Shown piece after piece: positions 1 through 11,600 of a DNA stretch of 64,000 bases. Below the pieces are notes generated by a model. It saw nothing but the letters and a program-made list of their open reading frames with translations. It did no database searches and was not told where the DNA came from. The translations under genes were made by a program, and so were the position numbers. Within the stretch, counting starts at the first letter, position 1. Each line of letters starts with the position of its first letter. This DNA is from Paraspadella gotoi (taxonomy: Eukaryota > Animalia > Chaetognatha), in assembly GCA_051294375.1 (NCBI GenBank), contig CM119263.1:6549645-6613644 (forward strand), written 5' to 3'.

Positions 1-108
1 AACGGCTTCCGGCGTCGAGGAGACGCTCCTGGCGCCGACGCGTCGCGCAGCAGACGCCGCGGAAGCCGCCGGGGAGCGGGAGAGAAATTTGCACACAGTC
101 GATGTCAT
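1..108 (-). CDS. 5' end of an unidentified gene running off the window; N-terminus resembles a mitochondrial targeting peptide
   Basis: My translation from the ATG at 108 (context aaaATG) reads MTSTVCKFLSRSPAASAASAARRVGARSVSSTPEAV, open to position 1. It is GC-rich against AT-rich flanks, Arg/Ser/Ala-rich, with no acidic residue until position 34. Confidence 0.55.
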   Translation of the reverse strand, partial: MTSTVCKFLSRSPAASAASAARRVGARSVSSTPEAV

Positions 109-479
109 TTTGTTTATTGAAAAAACTATAAATATTAATAATTAAAATTTGAACCAGATCGCGAAAACCAGAGCAGGAGGAATGAAAACTGGCTCGAAGT
201 TTTCGTCGTGATTAAAAATCGAAAATGAAAACGATTAAAGGAAGGATGCGGAGGGATGCGGTGACCAGTAATCGATCAATTTATTTGTCAATATTTACCT
301 CATTATAAATTATTTTCAAATCATTAATAATAATATTAACTGTTTTTTTAAATGAAAATAAAATTAAAAGATTTTTCTATTATAGGATTATTAAGGATTT
401 ATAAAGATTTTATAAGGGTACAACGACCCACAAAAAAAAACTACTTCAACTTTGAACTTTTGCCGAATGAAAAAAGGTA

Positions 480-775
480 AACCGGTTTATTCCGGTTCGA
501 AAACTTTAGTTTTCACTCACGCGACTCTTGCGCGAAAAAAAAAAAAAAAAAAATAGGAAAGCGATCGAAAATTAAAATGGAAATAAAGTGAGGGGGGCGG
601 AACCTCGGCGCCATTTTAACGCCGGTTGTCTCGTTTGAATTTCATAAACCGACCTTGGTTGTCGGAAGTTTGCTGCGATGGCTGCTCTCGTTAGAAAGTT
701 CAACCTGATTCTTAGATAAGCTGCTTCGTTACCTAACCTTACCCTACTCATCACTACCTTACCGCCATTTTAGTT
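480..775. promoter_or_regulatory. Candidate promoter region of the left-edge gene
   Basis: Two CGCCATTTT (YY1-type) motifs at ~609 and ~762 and a CGGAAGT ETS-like motif at ~663, 400-660 bp upstream of the ATG at 108. Motif matches only. Confidence 0.3.
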
Positions 776-2565
776 TCTTATTTGACTTAGTTGACGTAGT
801 TGACGTAGCTGACTTTCGACAAGCCGAAAGATTTCTGTTACATAACTTCAATTTAAATGCGGTTTATATAGCGCGAATTTGGGAGCAATATCTTCAAAGC
901 TGATTCGAAAAAAAATTTGCTCCAAATTATTTTGCATAAATCTAGCTCGGGATTTCCTAATTGCCTTCATCGGAAAAAGCTTTTTGCATAACTTTAGCTG
1001 TGGCGGTTAATTATCCTGCACTTGAAACTTCTCAATCGATTATCGGACGTAATCGACAGACTTCAAAATATGCGCTACTAGAAATTTTCATAATGATAAA
1101 AAGGTGCTGATTCATTTCGTTGTTTACGAAACGGCCAATACCTGGGTTTTCGATTTGGCACTCTGATCAAAAAACAAACAAAAGAATAACTTGGGGTGAA
1201 AAAAAAAAGGAAAGTAGAACGGAGAAAAAAAGGTTTTAAGAAATGAGAGGGAGGAAAAATAAAGAAACGGAGGAAGAAGAAGAAAGGTAAAAACGAAGAA
1301 GAGGGGGGGCATAAAAAAGGATGAGGAAGGGAAAAAAAATCAGAAAAAGAGTTAGCAGAAGTTAAGCAAAAAATATGAGAAAAAGAAGCAAAAGAAAGTG
1401 TAAAAAGGAAGAGGTGAACGCGACAAAAAGAAAAAGGCGGAAAGGAAAATGGAAATAAAAACAAAGTAAAACATTTGGGAAAACATTTTGATAATGATTA
1501 CAATGTAAATCACTCGAGCTTTTGCGACTCAATAAATTATTTCTGATGCAAAANNNNNNNNNNAATCACTCGAGCTTTTGCGACGCAATAAACTATTTCT
1601 GATGCAAAACAAATCTGGAATCGGGGATTGAAAGAGAAATCGCTAGTATTGGTTGAAGATAAGAAACAGACCCAAACTTTGCATTCTGCACGTATTCTTT
1701 GATCTTATGTTTTATCAGTTGAACCGGTTATATAGGTTTTATATAACTTTAATTTTAAAGAACTCCTTCGTCCTTTTCCACTTCAAATGTCACGATTCTT
1801 CAAAAATTTAACAAGGTTTACAAAAGATATCGTAGGAAAAAAAAGCTAAGGAAAAGACAATTCAATAATAGGCTTTAAAGAAAAAAGTTGCAAACTTAAT
1901 TTCTTTTTTTTTCTATTTTTCCCTCTCGTCATCGTCATTAGATGGTGATAACTATTTTTTTTTAGAAAGGGAGGGGAGAGAGAAAAGAGGGAGTGAGAAA
2001 ATTTCCGCCGAGCTTCTCTAGAAGTAAGAACTCACTGGCATTCATCGTTCAAGGTCATTCATTGAACCGCGCGCGCTCTCTTCCCCAAAATTCGGCGATA
2101 CCCATATAGGAGTCTCGTCGTCCCAAGGTCAAAACAGTGACTGACGCTTTCTCCAAGGTCAAACGCTCTTTCGAGGTCAAATTTTCACGCGGACTCGAAA
2201 CGGTGAGATTGGCTCAAACATGGAAAAAGGAGATCAGGGGAAAAAGGAGCGAGGTAGATAAACGCGAACGTGAGTCCAATGGAGAGACATTCTGTTTTTA
2301 TAGAATAACGAATCTCTAATTTAATTTAGCGAAAGCTTACCTAATCATGGGATATTGTCTCTATCTTCGAAAGGAAGAAATAGTGACTACGTTAGCTCTA
2401 AATGAAACAGTCATCGTACAGTAATCGTACAAAAAATAAGGATATATTCTCGAATATATTTCCCGAAAATAAAAATGTTCCAGAAAAAAAGTGCCAACGT
2501 CAATAGAGCATAATCCAAGCATTACAGCTCCGAATGCTACGTAATGCTTGATGTCTAAAAAACAA

Positions 2566-4258
2566 CTAATTTTTTATGTCAAATAAATTCGAGCACGCGT
2601 AAACGCCGCCGTAGTCTTCGGCGACGTAAACTAATTGATGACGCCCCGTTGACGTCACGTATTTTCCGTCGAATCGAAGCAAATTCGACGACGATGACAA
2701 CTTAACGCACGGAATACACGACGACGACGACGACCTTGCCGAGGAAGCCCAGTACCACGTCACGAAGGACTTAAGGTGAGGAAAGTTCTCCGGAAAGAGT
2801 CCGACCCAATCGCTCGTCGATCCGCGGAATCGTTGGTCGACCCGGAGTCTGCAGACACCGTCTCTGCCGCGCCGCCACACTCCAACGACCTCCAGCGCTA
2901 CCGGCGACGGCGGCGAGGCTCCGACGAGCAGCTTGAGCTCGGCGGCAACGGCTTTATGATCGCTGTTGACGAACTGAGGGAAGCTTTCGTAGACAAGATT
3001 TTCTGCGCTCAGTCTTGACTTTTCCGAGGATCCACCACTGCCGCCTCCAGGACACGCCTCTTGGGTATTTTCTGATGGTTGATGGAATTATATTTGTCAA
3101 TTATATTTGATTTTTCAATGAAAGTTTTCTCATTTGTAAAAGTCGCGTTGGAAATATATTCTTTATGTTGACTTTAGATTTTATTGTAGCAATTCGTTCT
3201 ACTGCAATATGCAAATGAATTTTTTTGGTTGAAATCTGGATTATAATCCTTAAATAAAGATTGTATTTTATCCAAAATCTCTACCTCCGATTCTCCACAA
3301 GATCCGATCGCACCAAGCAGGTTTCCTCTGTTTATTCGACGAATCCCAAACATCCGTTCCGGCGTCGAACTTGTAGGTCGGCCTAAAGGTCACCTCCGCC
3401 TCTTGGAATCCGGCGAAGCACGCTTCGGCCTTCAACGCCTTCAGCAGCTGATCCTGTGGCAGTAGCACCGCCAGGCGGTCAGCGGCCACATTGTCGATCA
3501 CGTCCTCGCGAGAGACGTCGTCCAATCGAAAGTTAAGGTCGCCGCCGACGACGACGTAATCGTGATCGAGGATGCGTAACGTCTTCGACGAGGAGGTGGG
3601 GGCGCTCGCATCGAAAACCTCGAAACTCTGGTCGTCTAGGATCGAAGTGAAGTCGACAATCCTCTCCGCGTTCTCCGAGAGATGGGCCGCCAAGTGGCAT
3701 CCTTTCAGAATGTTGGAGGAAAAAAGGAAAGTATTTTAATCTTGTTTGAATGCGGTTACAAGTTAATAAATAAAGAATCATTTTCATCTGTCCCGATCTT
3801 TTGACGTAATACAACGAGCAACTCCGCCCACCTACGACGCAAATCTCCCTTCCGAAGATCGTGAAGCGGACGGTGACTCCGCCCTTGTTGCCCTTTAGTC
3901 CGCCCATGCCCGTCTTGGTGTAGGCCGTTCGAAGATTTCGAACGAGCGTCAAGTGGCTCCGCAGGATGAAGACGATCAAGGCGATGGCCTCCATGCGGAC
4001 GGCGGCCAACTTGACGTAACCGCGCGACACCAACTCCGTCGTCAACGTCTCCGTCCACTCGTCGGCCTCGTCGGCGGCGTCGAGGAAGTCCTTTCGCTCC
4101 GCCATCTCTTGGAAGCTGAAGGCGATGACGTCGGGAAGAGGATCCGAAGGAGAAGCCCGTCCGTCGACGAATCTTCCCAACTCGAGATCGCCCACTGGAC
4201 TGTCGCCCAAGTTCCACGTCGTGGCGCGAAGGGTCAGATGGCGTTGTGGAGCCATCAT
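2566..4258 (-). CDS. INPP5K: Inositol polyphosphate 5-phosphatase K/J-like (catalytic 5-phosphatase domain plus C-terminal SKICH domain), 3 exons, ~449 aa
   Basis: Exons 4258-3832, 3701-3285 and 3071-2566 join in frame through two phase-1 GT-AG introns (1350 nt). Motifs seen: TWN, FSFQE, GNKGGV, CHLAAH, GDLNFR, PTYKFD, PAWCDRILW, SDHKAV, then SKICH-like DWVGLF...WYW. K versus J orthology cannot be resolved here. Confidence 0.93.
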
Positions 4259-6902
4259 CGATTGGCGATGTTCAATTGCAGATGGTCGCGATTCGTTTGT
4301 TGGTTCGTTCGAAATTGGCGACCATTCGACGATTTTCAAAAACTTTTTATAATACAGTTCTTAAAAAAAAAAGGGTCGATTTTAGAGTCAGTTTATTTTC
4401 TTTTCGAACGGAAGTCCACAGAGAAAAATTCTGGAAAAATAGTTTAGTTTTTTATTTCGTTTTTTATTTTTCTTTTTTGTTTGACTTTTTTTTTTGGTTG
4501 ACTCGTTCGAGTGAAAGATTAAGAATCGAGCGAGGAAGGGGGAAGGAAAAGAGGGAGTGGCAATGACTGAAAATTTTACAGTCCCCTTCGATCGAAAATA
4601 TAAGAAAATATATTATATTTGTTCTTTAGGCTTGCTAGGAGTTGTTTGCTTATTTGTTTGATTAACAAAATAACTAATATTATGCGGGAGAAAAGAGAAA
4701 AATCAGTCAGAAAAAAGACAAGAAACAACTTGAGATTAAAAGGGAAAAACCGAGAGGGAAGCAGCGACGAACCAGCGACGAAACAGCGACGAAACACGGC
4801 GAACGACGACACCGAGTTTTCCCCGGATAAAAAAAAAGCAGGAGTTTGCCCTTCGCTGCTCTTCTGTAATCTATAAAAATCCAAGTCGATTGGAAGGACC
4901 GACCGTAATTCGATTTCCACGTTTTCGGCAAATCGGCCAGAGGGAAAAATGGGACAGAGTGCGTGTGAGCGTGCGAACGTGCGTCGGTGCGCGGGTGTGC
5001 GACCTGCATGCGAGTGAAAACGCAGAAATATGATAAATGCGTAATGGAAGGAAGGAATGAAGGAAGGAAGGAATGAAGGAAGGAATAACAGAGAAAGGAT
5101 AAAAGGCGTTGAGGTACGTATGAGGCAAGATAAAATTTAAATCGATTTAGACCTTATTTCGAAATCACTCTTCTTGCGTCGTAGTTTAAAAAAAAAAATT
5201 TCAAAAAACATAAAAGTTCAGATGATATGAACCAGAAAAGGGCATTTTTTTCGTCGGCCTTTCATGCTTAATCCGTTGAATGAATCGATAGAACTAAACC
5301 TGTTCGATCTCTCAAATTTTGAATTTCTTCCAAATATAAAGAGAAAACAAGCTTTGCCAGTTTTCTTAATCGAGTTTGGGACTGAGACGGATTACCCTTT
5401 TGTTGAAAAAAAATTATTGGATCCAGTTCAAAACTAATTTTTGAGCCGATTATTCAATTCTTTTTTTTTTTAATTCTGAAAATTAGGTCATTTAAAAAAA
5501 GAATATAATTTAATTATATAATTTAATTTAATTTGACACGTCATTTACATTTTGACGACTTGTCTGACGCTAAAACAAACGAAAAAGTTTAAAATGATTA
5601 AAGTTTGAAGAAATTTTGGGAAATTACGGTTCTTTTCGCTCGACAAAATGTGAAAAAAAAATCGTGAAAGAACCTAAATAATCTACCTACAGTAAGGCCG
5701 GATTTCCCTGAAGGGAACATTTTTAAAATGAGGAAAGAAAAAAAAAGTTGTCCTATTTAGAGTTAATGTTAAGCCATATTAATAGTAAAAAAGTTTATAG
5801 ATGTTGGATAAATGTCTTTGCTATCTACTCGCCCACGCCATTAATTGAAAGATAAGACGACCAAAAATATTGTTTGTTTAAATATTAAATATACATAACG
5901 AAAAAAGAAAGAAAATTGGTGTGGCGCTTTTAAATAGTAGAAGATAATATTTGCTTTATTTCTAAAATTAGTTATTTTTACATAATTGTGTCTAATAGGA
6001 AGTAATTTCAGCAATATTTTTAAAGACTATTCAACATTAATCTCCCTCCAAGAAACAGAATGACCGACCTCTGTGTATCTTTCTCTCTCCTCTTTCTTTT
6101 CCTCTCTCTCTTCTCTTTCTCTCTCTTAAACGATATGTACTGTAGTACATGAGTCATGAGCGAGGGTCATTAGTCTAACCGTCCTCCATTAAAGACGATC
6201 ACCATCAAGCCCACGCAAAGCGAGACGATGTTTAAGCTCTTCATTGCGAATATATATTAGTATCCAAACGCAAATAACATAAGCGAATATAACAATAAGA
6301 TTAATACATACTTGCAATTTGACAATAATTTTGAAATGCTTGTTATCTTAACGCCTACGACTAAAACCATAACAACCACAATAAACACACTGCTTCTCTC
6401 GTGTCAGCACCATAGTTGGCCGTCATACTTTTCCTCACCATTACACTTATAAAACAATCTATATATATCTCTTTCTCTTCTCTATGGCTTTCGCACTCTC
6501 TCCCTTCTTGTCATTATGGGGGGAATCATCTCTAGGGGGAGCTATTTTTAGAAGCACCTATAAATTGTTGATCATTACGTCGAATTATTTTCTCTTCTTG
6601 TAAGAAAGCCGAAAATTTAATAGAGCAACCAATGTTTAAATTCACTTTTTTTGAATGGAGAGAAAATTATAAACTGGAGGTGGATGTAAAGGACGGGATG
6701 TAAAAAAAAAATTAAAAAAGTAAAGTATCAATTTCATAAATTTAGTATGATAGAAAAAGCTATTGTGAAAGAGACAGGAATAGATAGAGAAAAGAACAGC
6801 AAGGGAGTGAGTGAGAGAGAAGAGAGACAGCAAAAGAGCTGGAGAATATGATAGTGTGGCGAATCTTAAATTCGCCTCCCGTATAGCTTGGTGAAACTCA
6901 GT

Positions 6903-7575
6903 TCGTCCCATTGGCTTGGACAGCCTAAGTACTTGTTCACCAACCGTGAGTTCCGGGTTCAATCCCCTCACGGACACGTTGGTTAAAGTGTAATTGTAGA
7001 AGACTATCAGTCTCCACGCTTGCGGTCCAAGGCGTTCGAAGCGTCGCCGTCCAAAAAAAGGGTTATGACAAGAGTCTCACTGACTGAAGAATCTCCGCTA
7101 AGTGTAGAACGCGAATTTCCCAAAGTAAACGTATATTTTCGGTGACACAAACGTAGCAGAACGTGGCAATATCGTGACAAAAATAACGTAGTGAAAACTC
7201 GTAAAAACAACGGTTTTCGGACGAGCGACGTGTATCCAAAATGTTCACAAAACAACTGAAAATTCGGTCTCAAAAAATGCCAAAGGTAAAAATATAAAAT
7301 GACCGGTATCGAAAACTGGCTAAGATTGAGAGAGAGAGAGAGAGTGACCAAAAAAGGACTCAAAATACGAGGCGAATTTCTCTTCAGTAATGGTGTCGGC
7401 ATAAACACGCCAGTGACATGGGGTGGTCACTGCAGGTCCAAAGCCCTGAGCGCCAGCTCTCGGGAGATGCCTCACACCCAGGGAATCACACATGTCCCCC
7501 CGTTGCCATAATAGACAGATTGACATAAAGAAGGAATGAAATAAATCCAAGACAGAAAAGCCAACAAAATAGAGA
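6903..7575 (+). mobile_element. tRNA-derived SINE-like element interrupted by the 6995-7386 insertion
   Basis: tRNA-like head at 6903-6976 with GTCC...GGAC acceptor-stem ends, A-box-like TGGCTTGGACAGCCTAAG and B-box/T-arm GGGTTCAATCCC. The body continues after the insertion to an A-rich end near 7545-7575. Boundaries are approximate. Confidence 0.55.
6995..7386. mobile_element. 392-bp solo-LTR-like insertion with 5-bp TSD
   Basis: Starts TGTAGAAG and ends TCTCTTCA (TG...CA), flanked by GTAAT at 6990-6994 and 7387-7391. The noisy inverted copy near 16455-16485 shows the empty site with a single GTAAT. Confidence 0.8.
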
Positions 7576-8675
7576 GTGTGAAAGAAGAGAGAGAGTGAGA
7601 GCGAGTGCGTGGTTCCGAGACTCGTTTTACTAAATGGGAGGAATGGACTGGAAAAGAGAGGAAATTGGAAGACGGGACGGATTAAGGAACAGAGGGACTT
7701 CCTCGCCCCGCGGGTGAATCCACTCTCCGATTCCTTCACCAGATTTTATTCGCATCCAACCACTTCCTCCGATAAAAATTCAGTCACTCAACCCAATACC
7801 AAGTCGTTCACTTATAGCCATCTATAGTATAGAAACGCCTTTATGAAACCTTCATGGTTTAAACGAGTCAATGCAATTGTCTTTAAACTATTTGGCCGAT
7901 TTTTCTCTCTCATTTCCACGCCTTTCCTCTCCTAGTCTATCTCTTTCGCCCAATCCCTTTTTGCGAGGCCTTCCCTCACTCCCTTCCTATTTAGTCCCGG
8001 GAGATAAAAAACGGAGTACTAAAGGATAAAAAACGGCGAGTATAGTATATGGTTCTTTCTGCCATTGTTTCGCCGGATTGCGTATTGAAATGGGAGACAG
8101 GAATAGAGTGAGAGACACGTAATGAAAGCGCCGCATTTTTCGTGTTTTTCTTTAAATATCGTGCGTCTGTGTTTACAACATAATTCGTGCATACATAATT
8201 CTGGTCGTTCAGAAATAGCAGCTTCGTCTCTTATACGTTAACGCGCGAGACGCCGTTACGACTTTTCAGCTGCACCATAAATTTATGGGGCTGAAGCTGT
8301 CGAAAATTCACGAATGGTTACGCACTGAAATTCACAGGTGGAGCAGGATGTTATGTGAGAAAGAAACAGAATCTCTCTCTCTTTCTCTCTCCAAATCCCA
8401 ATGAAGCGGAAGATTCAAATCATTATCATAACGAACTCACATGGAGAGGAAAGGAAACGGGAGATTTTCGCAAAGGTTGGCAGCGAAACTCGCGGCATAA
8501 ATCGCAGGGTATGAAGGTCGCGACAAGCTTTTAACAAATCGGCCAATGCCAAAGCAACGGGGCGCTATCTAAAGCGTAAAATTGGCCAATGAGAAAACGT
8601 TATCCCATGGACGACGTCGCGAAGGAGATTCTGAAACGAAGATTAACATTGCGACGCTCTCAGAGAGGAGAGAGA

Positions 8676-11600
8676 ATTCGTCCTGCCCCTCTCTCCATGT
8701 AGAAGTTGATGGATGATGGGAGAGACAGAAAATGAGAAGTGACGAGTCTATGTCTTTCGTTTATTTCTCTATTTTCATCCTCGGATTGTAAGTCGTAAGA
8801 TGTGCGTGTTAAGCGATCCTCAATCCCTAGTAACGGTTAATTACCATACGTCTTACATACTCGTTATTATCGTTATCATCGTATCGTCCTACTGCCCTTC
8901 GTCTTAATAATGCTTCCTCTTTTTAAATGAAGTTGATAATCCACTGCAAAATTAGTTAAAGATGACTTTTTTTTAAGTTGTTTATGTAAAAAACAATTTG
9001 ATAAAAGGTGATGATTTAGATGTTTGTGCCTAGAAATAAAACGCACTGCGTTAAATGGAAATTTTTTGGTTTTACATAAAAGATGTGCAAACGTAGTCCG
9101 AAACTAACTTTACCTCAAATTAACTTAAATTTGTCTACTTTGAAATCTTCAAACCGAGAACCGCTTCCATTTCCTTTCTGAGTGATAATCGGGTGGCGCT
9201 TATTCTCTAGTGTACCGACTTGCGCAGGCATTAAATCGAGGTGACCGCGCTGACCGTGATGGTTGTCTTAACATATCAACCTATCACATAAAACATCAAT
9301 TTACGACCTATTTTTTGTCGTGCCCGTGAAAGCATTGTTCAATCACAAATTGATGCCAATCGGCTGTGAGATCCGTTCTAATGGTTCCAGTTAGTATTCC
9401 CGGCGACAAAGGTTTTGAAGGTCTTCGCCGGATCGGGGCGACGGTTCAAGGACCGCGATGTGAGCGTGACCTTGGATCACGTGCGTGGAAAGCCGATGCG
9501 CGATATAAATCGGGGCGAACGCGCCGGGCATCTTGAAGAGTAATTTCGTACGAGTCCGTATTTCAAAGGAGGCTCATTTATAATTGGAAGAAGACTTCTT
9601 TACTCGATTATATGTACGTCTTTTTCGCTCATTCAGTGTACGATTCGCGTGTTGAGTCTGACGCTGTACGTGCGCGGCAATGACCGACAAAAATCCGACT
9701 GATGACGCCCCCTCGCGACCGAGTTATTAAATTTCTTTATCTGAGCGTACTCTGGCGAGACACCGCGTCACCCGACGACGTTGTTGACATTCGTCTCCCG
9801 GACGCCAATTTCGCGGACAGAAGGGAAGACAACAAATCCCATGTTGGCTTTTCTCATTGTTTGTCGGTCAGTCCTGTTTCGGGGAAATTCTGTAAAAAAA
9901 TTCAAATATATTATTTTTAATTCTTCTTGATATCCATATTCATAACCAAGATTGTGTTCTCTGACTAACAATAACAATAAATAGTAAAGTTTAAAATTTT
10001 AGAGAGACGGAGAAAGAAATCCTTAGCAGGAAATCCGTCTGATCATTGATCACCGGAGCTGAGAACGCCGGGTAAAAAGCTTTGGCTTAGCACCAGTAAA
10101 ACTATCCTCCAATTTTAATGTCCCCTTGACTCTGACTTTGAGAACAGTTTTTACTGTTTCTTCTTCTGCTTTACCTTTATAACGAAAACAATATCGAAGT
10201 TAAGAGCCTCGTTATGTGAAAGCCCGCGGCGCTTTGATGATTTATTTGGAGAATTATGAAGTCAATTATTCGGCGGTGGATTTAACGAGCTCTCGTTTAT
10301 AGCGAGAAATTCCCCGAGTTATCGTCTGTTTGATGATGGATTATGATGTAATAATAACGGTTTTTAGTAGAAATTTCGTCTTAAGGTAGTATTTGTATTT
10401 CTTCGTAAATTAGGCTAAAAAAAAAGTCTGAAAATAAATATTGTTTTGTCAAGGAAAAAAATACATATGTAAAAAAAAGGGATTTTTAAGACTTCTCTTT
10501 CGCTTCTCATTCACATCTTCATTCATGCACTCATTCATTTTCATCCTCATCCAGTTCTATTTCTTTATTGCTTTGGCTTTTGCCTCTCTCCTTCGTTTCT
10601 CAGTATCGAAATGTATGCGCGTAAACCTTGCAATGTGCGCTTTTGTTTGCGTTGCCCCCCGCGGCCCGAGCGCTCTCCTGTCATCCCAAGTCAGGAGGCA
10701 ATTTCTCCGTCCAAACAAAAGGCGAAATAAAATCAATAGAAAGACTTTGGCGCCAAGAATCGGACGAGATTCCTCTGGGAGGAGGAGGAGGGAGGGTCTT
10801 GCGATATAATTATAAACATCTCTCCAATCTTTAATAGTTTTCATTGACTATTTCCAATTAATTTAATGATTTAATCTCTTGTCTGTCAACTCCTTGAAAT
10901 AATTACATATTATGTAGTAAAAAAAAGGGGCGAAAACTGTTGATATTTTTTTATTCGTGATTTGCCAAAAAAACTTGCGGTCGATTTATTTCTCACTCGA
11001 TCCCTTATTCTCCTTTTTTTTCTCCTGACGCGCGACGTCACTTTGGCGCCAATCTCAGCTCCAACCTCGCGCCCTTTTGGGGTCAAGCGTGAAACAAGAC
11101 TTCCGGTCCAAGTCGCGGGAGTTGCCCCGACGGGTCACGTGACTCGCCGCTCGTTATTCACGCGGAAGGTCGAGTCGAAAAGTGTTTTGGTTTTAATTGA
11201 TGGAAATCGCTCGACCAGTGATGAAAAGGACAGTATTGGAATTAATTGAAAGAAAAAGTCGTCGAATAGTCGTCATTAAGAAATTAAGCAATGGAATGGA
11301 ATGGTCGGCTCATGTTTTTGGTACCCCGCTTTTTTTAGTGCAATAAAAATGATTTCTTCCGAGCCGATCTTCCGTTTCGCTCAATTTTCTCTCAAGATGG
11401 CGCCAGTCGCCCTCCGAACTCGCCTCACCTGTCGCCGCTCGATAAAAGATAAAAAAGTCGAAAAAAGAAAATTTGGTCTCAAAAACGCCAAAAGTGTCGT
11501 CATAACGCAAACAACCGGCGTGAGAAACTCCCAATAAAACTGAAGAGAGAGAGAGAGAGAGAGAGAAGGAAGACGCGAAGCGATGTAATCTTTACTTCTC

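Noticed and set aside
1508-1609. 46-bp direct repeat flanking a 10-N gap
   Set aside because: The two copies differ at two bases and sit on either side of a gap, typical of unmerged allelic contig ends.
6903-6976. Possible tRNA gene
   Set aside because: The acceptor and D/anticodon arms pair poorly and no poly-T terminator follows; it fits a SINE head better.
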